From: Spirochaetae bacterium HGW-Spirochaetae-3
GTDB taxonomy: Bacteria; Spirochaetota; Spirochaetia; Treponematales; UBA12059
NCBI GenBank assembly: GCA_002839315.1
Contig: PGXV01000005.1
Coordinates: 313,572-377,571 of the forward strand
DNA length: 64,000 nt
Reading direction: 5' to 3'
Numbering within the stretch: position 1 is the stretch's first letter; each line of letters opens with the position of its first letter. This document shows, piece after piece, positions 1-9,708 of this stretch. The position numbers and the translations under genes are program-made. The notes under the pieces are model-generated. The model did not search any database. It was not told the DNA's origin and saw nothing but the letters and a program-made list of their open reading frames with translations.

Positions 1-491
1 ATCATGTCCTTGGAATCGGCCGCGATGCCCTCGCGGATACCGGGTATCGACGCCTTGAGGCTCTCTATCTCGGCCTTGCTCGACTTGAGCGTCCTGGCCA
101 CGCCGTCTACGAACGCGCTCTCGTCGTGGATTATGCCGAGGTTCTCGTCGACCTTTACGCTCATGTCCTTGAGCTCCGCGAGAGCCTTGTCGTACTCCGA
201 GATGCGGGCCGCCATGCCGCCTATCTGCTCGGCGCGCGAGTTCAGCGCTTCCTCGGCCAGCTGCACCCTGCGGAGTACTTCCTTGGCGGCTTTCTGGTGG
301 ACTTCCAGGTCTATCGCGTAGGCCTTGAGGTCTTCGGAGCGCAGGTCGGCGTAGGAAGCCATCTCCTCGCGTAGCTTGTCGGCGTACTTCTTTACCTTCT
401 CGAGCGAACGGTTGTCCCGGTCGAGGACGCGGTAGGCGAGCAACAGGATCAAGGTAATGCCTATGGCCACGAGGTTGCCAAGGTCGAACAT
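1..491 (-). CDS. membrane-anchored coiled-coil protein, N-terminal part (gene runs off the left edge)
   Basis: Absent from the ORF track because no stop lies in the window. The reverse strand reads GGGAGA-N7-ATG (ATG at 491..489), then MFDLGNLVAIGITLILLLAYRVL (one TM helix) and a charged heptad-like sequence (EKVKKYADKLREEMASYADLRSEDLKAY...). Third positions are GC-rich and the frame stays open to position 1. The + strand ORFs 4..321 and 126..374 are its mirror. Confidence 0.6.
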   Translation of the reverse strand, partial: MFDLGNLVAIGITLILLLAYRVLDRDNRSLEKVKKYADKLREEMASYADLRSEDLKAYAIDLEVHQKAAKEVLRRVQLAEEALNSRAEQIGGMAARISEYDKALAELKDMSVKVDENLGIIHDESAFVDGVARTLKSSKAEIESLKASIPGIREGIAADSKDM

Positions 492-600
492 GATTATTTC
501 TCCCATTATCGATTCCGCCGGACGACCGGACGGCCGGGCCCGGCCCGATTCGAATGAGTATATAGCACTATGGAGGATTAATAAAGAATCGAAGGTAATC

Positions 601-629
601 CGGGCCGCCCGCTGGATACGGGCGGCCCG
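601..629 (-). terminator. stem-loop downstream of proC
   Basis: Perfect 11-bp inverted repeat CGGGCCGCCCG-N7-CGGGCGGCCCG, beginning 6 nt after the proC stop (635) on the reverse strand, followed by a moderately T-rich stretch. Confidence 0.5.
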
Positions 630-634
630 CTCCG

Positions 635-1435
635 CTATCCGTTCAATTCCTTGCTGCGCCGGGCCGCCGCGTCTACGGCGTCCATGACGATGGCGCGGAA
701 CGCCTTGCGCTCCAGGCTGTGGATGCCGGCCATCGTCGTGCCTGCGGGAGACGCGACGATATCCTTGAGCTCGCCGGGATGCTTGGCCGACTCGAGGATG
801 ATCCTGGCGGCGCCCATAACGGTCTGCGCGGCGAATTCGTATGCCTGGACGCGGTCCATGCCGTTGAGGACGGCTCCGTCGGCCATCGATTCTATGAACA
901 GGAAGGCGAAGGCCGGTCCCGAGCCTGAAAGCGCCGTCACGGTATCGAAGAGACGCTCCTCGACGAGGCGCGCCCGGCCTACCGTAGAGAACATCGCCAG
1001 CAGGGCGTCGACGTCCTCCGCGGGGACGCCCTCGTCCGGGCAGATGGCCGTCATGCCGAGGCCGACTGACAGAGGAAGGTTAGGCATGATGCGTACGATG
1101 GCGGGCGGGGCGGTAAAGTGGGACTTGATCGAGGCTATCGTGACGCCGGCCGCCATGGAGACGACCAGCGTGTCGCTACGGACGCTGAGGCAGGCCTCCG
1201 CCAGTACCTTCGCTACCGCGTGCGGCTTGACCGCGACGAAGAGCCAGTCGGAACGCTCGGCGAGTTCCCCGATGCTCGACGCGACGCGCACGGGATACCT
1301 CGCGGCGAGCGCCTCCGATCGGGCGACGGTACGGTTCCAGACCCACACCTCGTCATCGGTCAGGGTCGGCCCCAGCGCTCCCAGCATGATGTCCACGATC
1401 TTCCCCGCGCCTATGAATCCTATGGTCCTGCTCAT
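635..1435 (-). CDS. proC: pyrroline-5-carboxylate reductase
   Basis: ORF 635..1489 trimmed to ATG 1435 (MSRTIGFIGAGKI, Rossmann GxGxxG). Family-typical C-terminal SPAGTT segment (IVASPAGTTMAG). ATGA stop/start overlap with the upstream gene at 1432-1435. Confidence 0.9.
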   Translation of the reverse strand: MSRTIGFIGAGKIVDIMLGALGPTLTDDEVWVWNRTVARSEALAARYPVRVASSIGELAERSDWLFVAVKPHAVAKVLAEACLSVRSDTLVVSMAAGVTIASIKSHFTAPPAIVRIMPNLPLSVGLGMTAICPDEGVPAEDVDALLAMFSTVGRARLVEERLFDTVTALSGSGPAFAFLFIESMADGAVLNGMDRVQAYEFAAQTVMGAARIILESAKHPGELKDIVASPAGTTMAGIHSLERKAFRAIVMDAVDAAARRSKELNG

Positions 1436-3699
1436 GTCGTTATCCTTCCCGTGCTGCTTTTCTTGGCGTACGCGGCCTCTACGGCGCACGCCGCCAGGAA
1501 GAACCTGAATCCGCGGTGGCCTGTTAGGTCGTCGTCGAGGGCCGCCTCGGCGAGTACCGTCGCGGTGCCTATATCGATGAATCCTGACTCGTCGAGGGCC
1601 CGCGCTACCGCGTCTCCTTCCGAACCGTTCTCTACGAACGTCGCGAGCGCCGCCTTGAACGAAGCCATTCCGTCGAACCCGCGAGGCGGGATACCGCTGT
1701 CCAGGCTCTCGAACAGGGTTCCGAGCGCCTCCTGCGGATCCAGCGCGTACGTCGAGTAGATGGCGTAGAAACCGCGTAGCCCGCCCAGTATCCCCGCTAG
1801 CGCGAGCACGATCTCGTCGAAGGCGTAGGACGGCGGCTCGGTATGCTTGAGCACCGCGACGAGCGACGGTACGGACGAGCGCTTGCCGAACTGCTCGATG
1901 GCCGACGCCGCGCTTATCGTCAGCCGCGGGTTATCGGTCGTCTCGACCAGGGACTCGATCTCCGGCAGGCTCGCCTCGTCGCTCATCGCCGCCAGCGCGG
2001 TGACGGCGGCGCCTTGGAGCATATAATCCTCGGCGGATAGCGCGGCCCTCAGGACGGGCAGGCCCTCGACCCAGCGCCGCTTGCCGAGTATGCGCGCGGC
2101 GACGTACGCGGTGGTGTACGGGTTGCGCTCTATCTCGAGCGCTATGGCCCGCAACGCCTTCTGGGAAAGGCGATCGAGGTTCTCGAGCGCGAGCAGCGCC
2201 TCGACCCTGACGTCGAAGCGCGGGCTGGATAGATAGGGTAGTAGCTCCCGTTCCGCTACCGCTACGCCGTAGCCGCCGAGCTCGCGTATGATGCGTATCT
2301 CGTCGGACGGCGAACCGCTCTTTTCCAGCCGTTCGAGGAGCCCGATGGCCTTGAGGTCGCGCATGGAGAACAGTACGCCCAGGGATTCCCGAACCGACGC
2401 CGATCCGGGCGAGCTCAGCTTTATGGCCCCTCCCGCCGCGATAGCGGTAATGACGAAGGAGACGGCGTACAGGAGCCGGTACGACGATGACGGGCTCGCG
2501 CCGGCGGTCGACAGGGCGTCGAGGAACACGCCGCCCGCAGCCGAGCCGAGGGCTCCGCCTATGCCGAAGACGATATAGTAGAGGATGGCCAGGTCGACCA
2601 TGTGCGACGGCTTGACGATGGAGAAGAAGTAGGTCTGGCCGGCGTTCTCCTCTCCCGCGATGCCCATGCCGACGATGAAGTTGAGCAGGGCGAGATAGAG
2701 TACCGTACGGAATCCCGGCTCGAGCCCGGGACTCCACGCGGCGGGGATCATCGCGAGGGCGGCGAGCGCGGTGAACACGACGTACAGAGGCTTGGCGCCG
2801 AGGCGATCCATCAGCTTGCGCGACAGGTAGCCTACGGTGACGCTGCCCAGGTTGAAGGCGACCGAGTAGCCCATGACGAGACCCGGGCTCTGGCCGTACA
2901 GAACGCGCGCGTGGGTGACTATGAAGGTACGCGCGGTGCCGGCGGAGAATGAGAGCGGAGCGAAGACGGCCACGAAGCGCCTGAGCCGCGGGTCGGCCCA
3001 GGCTTCCTTGAACACGGCCGCGAACGACGAGCCGGCGGAAGGCCTGTACGCCTCCGGTTCGGGTAGCCCGAGCAGTATAGCGGAGCCGAGCGAACCCGTG
3101 AGCACGCCGAAGCCTATCAGCGCGGCGTACAGGACGTCGCCGGACCACGCGGCCAATACGAGCATGGTAGCCGCGCTCGTAGCTATGGCTGTCAGGCTAT
3201 TGGCTATCTGAACGTTTGACAGGAAGGTGCCGCGATCCCGTTCTCCGGCCATCATCCCCAGTACGGGATTGTTTCCTATCAGGCCTATCCCCCTGAATAC
3301 GTTGAAGATAAGGCTGCCGCCGAGCAGCAGCGCGAGGCCGCCTGCGGGCGATCCGGCCCGAGCGACGAACGGGGCGGCCAGGGCGGGTATCATGCCCCAG
3401 TACCTGAGCATCCACGACCAGCCGAATACCCGGATGATAGGCCTGCCGCGAATGGCGCTCCTGCCGAGCGGCATGAAGAAGTAGGTAATGAAGTTGAGTG
3501 ATCCTAGTATGCCTATGAACGTGCCGGTCGCCCCCATCGATAGCGCGAACAGCGTTGGGATGCTACCCGAAAGCAGCATGAACGACAGCGAGTTGAGTAT
3601 GTTGAAGGCGAGGAAACGGGACCGGTACCGCTCCATCCTGCTCTTCGGCCTTCTTACGGAAGGCGCCTCCCGGGACGGAAGCGCTGGGGATATTTTCAT
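1432..3699 (-). CDS. MFS-type transporter fused to a C-terminal HEAT-repeat domain
   Basis: 755-aa ORF. The first ~430 aa are multiple hydrophobic helices with an MFS-like layout. The last ~300 aa are soluble with HEAT/PBS-lyase-like repeats (SPRFDVRVEALLALENL, LPVLRAALSAEDYMLQGAAVTALAAM, VPSLVAVLKH). Start could also be the internal MERYRS. Confidence 0.6.
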   Translation of the reverse strand: MKISPALPSREAPSVRRPKSRMERYRSRFLAFNILNSLSFMLLSGSIPTLFALSMGATGTFIGILGSLNFITYFFMPLGRSAIRGRPIIRVFGWSWMLRYWGMIPALAAPFVARAGSPAGGLALLLGGSLIFNVFRGIGLIGNNPVLGMMAGERDRGTFLSNVQIANSLTAIATSAATMLVLAAWSGDVLYAALIGFGVLTGSLGSAILLGLPEPEAYRPSAGSSFAAVFKEAWADPRLRRFVAVFAPLSFSAGTARTFIVTHARVLYGQSPGLVMGYSVAFNLGSVTVGYLSRKLMDRLGAKPLYVVFTALAALAMIPAAWSPGLEPGFRTVLYLALLNFIVGMGIAGEENAGQTYFFSIVKPSHMVDLAILYYIVFGIGGALGSAAGGVFLDALSTAGASPSSSYRLLYAVSFVITAIAAGGAIKLSSPGSASVRESLGVLFSMRDLKAIGLLERLEKSGSPSDEIRIIRELGGYGVAVAERELLPYLSSPRFDVRVEALLALENLDRLSQKALRAIALEIERNPYTTAYVAARILGKRRWVEGLPVLRAALSAEDYMLQGAAVTALAAMSDEASLPEIESLVETTDNPRLTISAASAIEQFGKRSSVPSLVAVLKHTEPPSYAFDEIVLALAGILGGLRGFYAIYSTYALDPQEALGTLFESLDSGIPPRGFDGMASFKAALATFVENGSEGDAVARALDESGFIDIGTATVLAEAALDDDLTGHRGFRFFLAACAVEAAYAKKSSTGRITT

Positions 3700-3727
3700 T
3701 CCGCGATTATAGTCCGCGAGGGGCGGT

Positions 3728-5083
3728 CTAGGCTATCGGCGCGGAGCGCCCGACGACGGCCTTGCGTTTCCACCTGCCGCCCCGGTAGTACCAGGTAGAG
3801 AACGCCGCGCCCATCAGCCAACCGGCGGGAACGCTCCACCATAGGCCGTCGGAACCCATGCCTAGCGGGCCGGAGAACAGGAGGGCGCAGGGAATGCGCA
3901 CGACCCATAGCGCGAGTATGGTGTTTATCATCGGGATGAACGCGTCCCCGGCTCCGCGCATCACGCCGTTGTTGATGAACATCGTGGAGAAGAGCAGGTA
4001 CGTCGCGCCGACTATGGCCAGGTAGCGGGCGCCGATCGCCATCACCTCCGCGTCGCGCGTGAACATGCCCATCAGCCCCTCGCCGAAGACGACGACGGTC
4101 GCGCCTACGACAATGGATATGGCGCCTCCTATGATGACCGCGGATAGGTGCCCTCGCTTGACGCGCTCCGTCTTGCCCGCGCCCATATTCTGCCCGGTAA
4201 AGGTCGACACGGCCTGGCTCAGGTTCATGGCTGGCATCGACGCGAAGCTGTCCAGCCTCGACGCCGCCGAGAACGCGGCGATGGTCGCGGTTCCGTGACC
4301 GTTGACTATGCGCGTCAGGGCCAGCATCCCGAGCGATACCATGGTCTGCTGTATCCCCGTAGGCAGGCCGATGCGAAGGCTATGCCGGAATATCTCCCCG
4401 TCGAAGACGAGCTTCTTGAGGGAAAGGCTGACGAGCCTGTTCTTCCTGTTAGCGTAGGCCAGGCCGCCGGCGAACGAGGCGCCCTGCGATATGACCGTAG
4501 CCCACGCGACTCCCGGCACTCCCCAGCCGAATACCACGACGAACAGGAGGTCGAGCGCAATATTGAGGAGGCTGGCGGCCATCAGCAGGTACAGCGGCGT
4601 CCTGGAATCGCCGAGGCCACGAAAAATCGCCGATATGGCGTTGTACCCGAACATGGTCAGTAGTCCAGCGAAGATGATTCGCAGGTAGGCCGAGGCCTCG
4701 GGGAATACGTCCGCGGGAACCTTGAGCAGGGTCAGCAGGGCGTCGGTACTCAGCGCTCCGACGACCGACATGACGAGGCCCGACCAGAACAGCATGATGT
4801 ATCCGGTGTCTACCGCCGCCCGTACCTTGGCCTCGTCTTTTGCCCCGAAGTACTGAGCGATGAGGATGGTCGTACCCATCGTCAGGCCCATCACGAGCGA
4901 AACCATCAGGAAAATGACCGGGAACGCGATCCCGACGGCCGCGAGCGCGGTCGTGCCCACGAAATTACCGACGATGACGCTGTCCACCATGTTGTAGAAC
5001 TGCTGGAACACGTTGCCGATAAGCATGGGCAGGGCGAACGCTATGATGGTCCTGGTCTCGCCGCCTTCGGTAAGGTCTTTCAT
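3728..5083 (-). CDS. MATE family efflux transporter
   Basis: 451 aa, polytopic. N-terminal MATE signature ALPMLIGNVFQQFYNMVDSVIVGNFVG and an internal repeat of the two 6-TM halves. GGGAGAG SD upstream of ATG 5083. Confidence 0.85.
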   Translation of the reverse strand: MKDLTEGGETRTIIAFALPMLIGNVFQQFYNMVDSVIVGNFVGTTALAAVGIAFPVIFLMVSLVMGLTMGTTILIAQYFGAKDEAKVRAAVDTGYIMLFWSGLVMSVVGALSTDALLTLLKVPADVFPEASAYLRIIFAGLLTMFGYNAISAIFRGLGDSRTPLYLLMAASLLNIALDLLFVVVFGWGVPGVAWATVISQGASFAGGLAYANRKNRLVSLSLKKLVFDGEIFRHSLRIGLPTGIQQTMVSLGMLALTRIVNGHGTATIAAFSAASRLDSFASMPAMNLSQAVSTFTGQNMGAGKTERVKRGHLSAVIIGGAISIVVGATVVVFGEGLMGMFTRDAEVMAIGARYLAIVGATYLLFSTMFINNGVMRGAGDAFIPMINTILALWVVRIPCALLFSGPLGMGSDGLWWSVPAGWLMGAAFSTWYYRGGRWKRKAVVGRSAPIA

Positions 5084-5196
5084 GGCTCTCCCGTCGTCTC
5101 GTCGTGGATCGCTATACTATAGGTGGAATCCGGATCGCGGGGCAAGCGCCGTCGCGGGGCTTGCGTATAGGCTTCGCGGCGCGCTACGTTCTTGGT

Positions 5197-6003
5197 ATGA
5201 ACCTCTCCTTCCTGAAGCTGCGCGTCGCCGATTGCCCGTGGATACTCTTCGATCGATACCCATCGGCCGTGCACCCTCTAGACGGCGGACGATCCGATGA
5301 GCCTCCGTGGGCCTCTATCGCAGTCGATATCTGCAGCCGATCCAAGGGGGCTTCCGCGGTCGGCATCGTCGTGATAGGGCGCGATGCGGCGGTCAACGTC
5401 GTACGGGCCTGGGATTCGCGCGGCAATCCCCTCGCGCCTCCGCCGGCGGCGGCGCTGTGCGCCTCGAGGCTGCTGTTCGACGCGGGGCGCGGCGGGGCCG
5501 ATTCCGTCTCGTTCATGTCGATGGGAAGCGAGATCGAGTCGATGGCCATCGACTCGCGGACGCTCGGCCTGTCGGTCGGCGTCCCTGTTCTGGGGGACGG
5601 TTCGCCCGTAGACGGAGCCTTCGGGGCGCTCGGCGCGGGCTTGCGCGCGGCTTCCGGCTCAGGCGTAGCGATACCGCTCAGGATAGGGGGCGAGGACGTG
5701 GACGTCGCGCTGTTCGACCTGCCTCCGGCGAGGCGTATCGGGAGCGCCCCGATCGGGGGTCGCGTCGAGGCGTTCGCCGTGTCGAGGCAGGAGCTGCGCG
5801 TGCGAAGGGCGGTCTGCGATCCCGTCGTCGCCGCGGCCGCGTCGACCGTCGCGTCGGTGATAGCCGACTACGCCGATAGGGAGACCGCCGTCCTCATCGG
5901 GCGCGACCGGCTCGTCGTCCAATGGCCGGAGGGCGGGCCCGTCTTCGTCGCCTCGACCCCGGAGTACTGCCTCTCCGGCGAGTTCTGGGTCGCCGAGAGC
6001 TAG
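5197..6003 (+). CDS. DapF-like (diaminopimelate epimerase fold) protein, probably catalytically degenerate
   Basis: ORF 5104..6003 trimmed to MNLSFLKL (DapF-like length, 268 aa). The segment WDSRGNPLAPPPAAALCASRLLFD aligns by eye to the DapF N(A)DGSxxxMCGNGxRC motif, but with Pro where the first catalytic Cys sits. A second Cys region (RRAVCDPVVAAAAS) is retained. Confidence 0.35.
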   Translation: MNLSFLKLRVADCPWILFDRYPSAVHPLDGGRSDEPPWASIAVDICSRSKGASAVGIVVIGRDAAVNVVRAWDSRGNPLAPPPAAALCASRLLFDAGRGGADSVSFMSMGSEIESMAIDSRTLGLSVGVPVLGDGSPVDGAFGALGAGLRAASGSGVAIPLRIGGEDVDVALFDLPPARRIGSAPIGGRVEAFAVSRQELRVRRAVCDPVVAAAASTVASVIADYADRETAVLIGRDRLVVQWPEGGPVFVASTPEYCLSGEFWVAES

Positions 6004-6017
6004 GGACGGTCCGGGTC

Positions 6018-6839
6018 CTACGTGAAATAGGAGACGCGATAATCCCTGGAGACGGCGAAGCCGAGCGACAGATACAGCGACCTGGCGACGGCGTTGGCCT
6101 TCTTGACGAACAGCGAGGCCCCGCGCCCTCTCCCCGCGATATCGGCTACCAACGCGGCCACGACACCGCCGCCGATGCCCAGGCCCCTGAACGCCGGATC
6201 GACGAAGACGCCTCCTATCTGGTCGTACGACCAGCCTCTGGCGTTCGTCTGGGCGCGGGCGACGACTCGGCCGCGTACCGTCGCGAGGTAGACGACCTGC
6301 GCTCGAAGGCTCTTCGCCTGGGCCGCCCTGCAGGCTTCGGGATCGAATGCGTGTATAGCCGTTATTACCTCGGCCTTCTCGTAGGCAGCGGCCAGCGGAT
6401 ACAGCGCGTCGAGGTCGCCGGGGTCGGCGCGCCGGTACTCGGCGACTCCTCCGGCTGAAGCGGGATGGATCTCCGGGCCGACGCTCATCGCGTCGTATTC
6501 CACGTCGAGGACCGGTCTCCATCTCATGGCGCGCTCGAGGGCGGCGACGTGGTCGGACGCGCCTATGCACGCGGACGGGCGATAGGCCCTGGCCGTCTTC
6601 GATCCCCTGAGGCCTTCGAGGGCAGCGGTCGCCTCTCCGCCGCCGTCGTCGTATAGACCGGACAGCACCGGGAAGGCCGATCCGCTCGCCGTAAGCAACG
6701 CCGCTATCGAGGGGGAAGCCGCGCCGGGGGCGGTATACAGGTATAGCCCGCCCGATCCGCGCGGTATGCGGGCTATTCGTCCGGCGCCGTCGAGGGCGCG
6801 GAAGGTGAATCCGGTCGCGTAGGCTTCGCGGGGTTCCAC
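6018..6839 (-). CDS. GNAT family N-acetyltransferase
   Basis: C-terminal acetyl-CoA binding motif QIGGVFVDPAFRGLGIGGGVVAALV, followed by LYLSLGF. GTG start at 6839. Confidence 0.8.
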   Translation of the reverse strand: MEPREAYATGFTFRALDGAGRIARIPRGSGGLYLYTAPGAASPSIAALLTASGSAFPVLSGLYDDGGGEATAALEGLRGSKTARAYRPSACIGASDHVAALERAMRWRPVLDVEYDAMSVGPEIHPASAGGVAEYRRADPGDLDALYPLAAAYEKAEVITAIHAFDPEACRAAQAKSLRAQVVYLATVRGRVVARAQTNARGWSYDQIGGVFVDPAFRGLGIGGGVVAALVADIAGRGRGASLFVKKANAVARSLYLSLGFAVSRDYRVSYFT

Positions 6840-6895
6840 GAGCGACCGGAGTCCCGGCTCGTCCCCCGGGGATGCCCTCCGCCAGGCCTGGACGT

Positions 6896-8704
6896 TCAGG
6901 AGCCGGCCTCTATGGGCAGGCGCCCCATGGCCTGGACGTCTCCCTCGAGTACCGCGAACGCCGCCTTGAACGATTCCCTGGCGTACGAGTAGACGGCTAC
7001 GACGGTCGCGCAGTCGCTGAATCCAAGCGCGTACGACGGATTGAGGGCCGATACGATATAGAGCCGCTTGCCTGACTCTCTCGCCGCCGTCGCGAAGGCC
7101 GCTCCCGCGGGGTTGGCGATACAGACGACGACGGTATCGGCCCTTGAAAGCCTGGAACGGAACGCGGCCAGTTCCGACGCGTCGGCCTTCTCGGCCGGCT
7201 GATACGAGAACCTGAACGTCTCGGCTCCGGGTATGCGGGCCTGGGCCTCGGCGATGAAGTCACCGAAGGGACCCGCGACCAGCGTCCTGCCCTCGTCGGG
7301 CAGGGGTAGCCCGGGGATGCCGAATACGGTGGCGCTCCTCATCGCCTGTTCCTCGAAGAACTCTTGCGACTCGGCGCTCCGCATCGCGGCGGCGGGGTCG
7401 CGGTCGGGGATGATGCCGTCTCGCCCGAGAGGCAGGAGCCAGCGCAGCTTGGCGCGCAGGATGCGGCGGACCGATTCGTCGACCCGCGCCTTGAACGAGG
7501 GGTCCGACCGATACAGCGACGCGAGCCTGTTCCACGCCGCGTCGTCGAGCGCCAGCGTGCGGCTGAACATGAGGATGTCGTTGCCCGCGCGGATCGCCAG
7601 CTCGCAGGTCTCGGATAGCCCGCCGGAGCTGGCGGCGCCGGTCATCATCAGGTCGTCCGTAATGACGAGGCCGTCGTAGCCCATCCTGTCGCGGAGCAGG
7701 TCCTGGATGATATGCTTGGAAAGGGAAGCCGGCTCCATCGATCCGACGATCTTGGGAAAGGCGAGGTGGCCGCTCATCACGCCCGGTATGCCTTCCGCGG
7801 CGAGCATACGGTAGGGGACCAGCTCCCTGTTCCACAGCGTCGTCTCGTCGATGTCGATGACGGGCAGTATGCCGTGGGAGTCGAGCTCGGTATCGCCGTG
7901 TCCCGGATAATGCTTCGCCGTGGCGACGACTCCCGCGTCCGCCATGCCGCGGGCCCAGGCGGCCGCGAGTATGCCGGTCTCCACGGGATCGTACGAGAAG
8001 GCGCGCGGGCCGATGATGGTGGAATCGGGGCGCGTGGCGAGGTCGACGGACGGAGCGAAGTTCATCGTGATACCGAGAGCGGAGAGCTCGAGGCCGATAT
8101 AATAGGCGCTTCTGTACGCGTCGCTCGGCCACGCCGACGCGCCTATGGCCATATTGCCCGGCGTAACGCTGGTCGAGCCCCGGACGTGCCGTATCCAGCC
8201 GCCTTCCTGGTCGGTCGCGACGAAGGGCGGTATGTCGAGCGGGCCTGATTCTGCGGCTTTCTGTATGGATCGTATCGCCGTAGCCAGCCGGGTCGTGTCG
8301 TCGGCGTTCCAGCCGAATATCTTTACGCCGCCGAGGCCGCGCCCGCGTATCCACGAATAGAGCAGGGGCGTGGGCTCGTCGCCGCCGTACGATAGCATGA
8401 AGAGCTGCCCGAGGCGCGCCGCGGGATCCATACGGTCCATCAGCGCGTCGATGGCGTCTTCCTCGGGCGCGCCGGCTAGTAGCCAGAACGACGACGCGTC
8501 TATCGCCTTCGCGGGATCCTCGGCGCGCGCCGGGTCGACGACGGATATCGCCTCCGCGAGCGCCGCTGTCGTCGAGCCGGGCCGGGCGGCCTCGCTGTGC
8601 GCGAGCGAGCACGACGACGGCGCCGCTACCGCGGCGAGCGCGAGGACGATACCCGCCGCGGCCGCCGCCGCGGCGACCGATCCCCTGCGTCCCGTAACGG
8701 CCAT
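6896..8704 (-). CDS. glycoside hydrolase family 3 (NagZ-like beta-N-acetylhexosaminidase), exported
   Basis: Signal or lipoprotein-like N-terminus (LALAAVAAPSSC). GH3 motifs KHYPGHGDT and VITDDLMM, plus an additional C-terminal domain. Lies 10 nt downstream of trxB. Confidence 0.8.
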   Translation of the reverse strand: MAVTGRRGSVAAAAAAAGIVLALAAVAAPSSCSLAHSEAARPGSTTAALAEAISVVDPARAEDPAKAIDASSFWLLAGAPEEDAIDALMDRMDPAARLGQLFMLSYGGDEPTPLLYSWIRGRGLGGVKIFGWNADDTTRLATAIRSIQKAAESGPLDIPPFVATDQEGGWIRHVRGSTSVTPGNMAIGASAWPSDAYRSAYYIGLELSALGITMNFAPSVDLATRPDSTIIGPRAFSYDPVETGILAAAWARGMADAGVVATAKHYPGHGDTELDSHGILPVIDIDETTLWNRELVPYRMLAAEGIPGVMSGHLAFPKIVGSMEPASLSKHIIQDLLRDRMGYDGLVITDDLMMTGAASSGGLSETCELAIRAGNDILMFSRTLALDDAAWNRLASLYRSDPSFKARVDESVRRILRAKLRWLLPLGRDGIIPDRDPAAAMRSAESQEFFEEQAMRSATVFGIPGLPLPDEGRTLVAGPFGDFIAEAQARIPGAETFRFSYQPAEKADASELAAFRSRLSRADTVVVCIANPAGAAFATAARESGKRLYIVSALNPSYALGFSDCATVVAVYSYARESFKAAFAVLEGDVQAMGRLPIEAGS

Positions 8705-8714
8705 GGCGTCCGGC

Positions 8715-9650
8715 CTACAGGTAGGCCTTGCCCTCTATTCCGTCGATATACTGCGCCGCGCAATGAGCCGCTACGGCGCCGTCCGACACCGCGGTTATGA
8801 CCTGGCGGAACGGGGTGGACCGTACGTCGCCGGCCGCGAATAGTCCCGCGATGCTCGTCTCCATCCGGTCGTCGGTCAATATCGAGCCCGAGTCGTCCTT
8901 TTTCAGCTCGGCGGGAAGGGAGCCGGTCTGCGGGATAGATCCTACGAACACGAAGACGGCGGAAGCCGGCTCGTCGCCGACCTCGCCGGACTTCAGATTC
9001 CTGAGCGCGGCCGCCGCCACCGATTTTTCGCCCTTGATCTCCTCGACGACCGTCTCGAATCGAACTTCGATCCTGGGATTGGAAAGCACCCTGGCGGCTA
9101 CGGCCTTCTGGGCGCGGAAACGATCCTTGCGGTGCACCATGATCACCTTGTCGGCGAGCTTGGAAAGGAACATCGCCTCGTCGCAGGCCGCGTCGCCGCC
9201 GCCGACCACGATCATGCGCTTGCCCTTGAAGAACGGGCCGTCGCAGGTAGCGCAATAAGATACGCCGCGGCCGGCCAGTTCCTCTTCGCCCTTGGCGCCG
9301 AGGTGGCGGTGCTTGGCTCCGGTAGCGGCGATCACGGCCTTGGCCGATAGCTGGCCGTCGCCCGTCTCGATGACGAAGAGATCGCCTTCCTTGCGTACCG
9401 CGGATACGGTAGACGACATGAACGAGGCGCCGAATCCCTCGGCCTGCGCCCGCATCGTCTCGGACCATGCATAGCCGTCCACCGGCTCGGGGAGCCCCGG
9501 GTAGTTCTCCAGCTTGTCGATAAGCAGGGCCTGGCCGCCGTGCGCCATCTCCTCGATGACGAGGGTCTTGAGGTTGGCCCGGGCCCCGTATTGCGCGGCG
9601 CTCAGACCGGCGGCGCCGCCACCCAATATGATAAGGTCGTATAGTTCCAT
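8715..9650 (-). CDS. trxB: thioredoxin-disulfide reductase
   Basis: ORF trimmed to ATG 9650 (MELYDLIILGGGAAGLSAA), preceded by GGAGGTG. Redox-active CATCDG and a second dinucleotide fold VVGGGDAA. Confidence 0.92.
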   Translation of the reverse strand: MELYDLIILGGGAAGLSAAQYGARANLKTLVIEEMAHGGQALLIDKLENYPGLPEPVDGYAWSETMRAQAEGFGASFMSSTVSAVRKEGDLFVIETGDGQLSAKAVIAATGAKHRHLGAKGEEELAGRGVSYCATCDGPFFKGKRMIVVGGGDAACDEAMFLSKLADKVIMVHRKDRFRAQKAVAARVLSNPRIEVRFETVVEEIKGEKSVAAAALRNLKSGEVGDEPASAVFVFVGSIPQTGSLPAELKKDDSGSILTDDRMETSIAGLFAAGDVRSTPFRQVITAVSDGAVAAHCAAQYIDGIEGKAYL

Positions 9651-9683
9651 GCCGATCACCTCCGATGCGGTAGCGTACGTATT

Positions 9684-9703
9684 TATAATACCCTATAATA
9701 CCC
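9684..9703 (+). promoter_or_regulatory. tandem TATAATACCC x2 (-10-like boxes) just upstream of ATG 9709
   Basis: Exact 10-nt tandem duplication TATAATACCC TATAATACCC. The second TATAAT ends 9 nt before the ATG, and no SD lies between them. Confidence 0.4.
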
Positions 9704-9708
9704 GTACA

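Noticed and set aside
4-374. Forward-strand ORFs 4..321 and 126..374
   Set aside because: They mirror a better reverse-strand gene (SD + ATG at 491, TM helix, coiled coil, GC-rich third positions, open to the window edge). Their own translations are low-complexity Ser/Ala/Leu strings.
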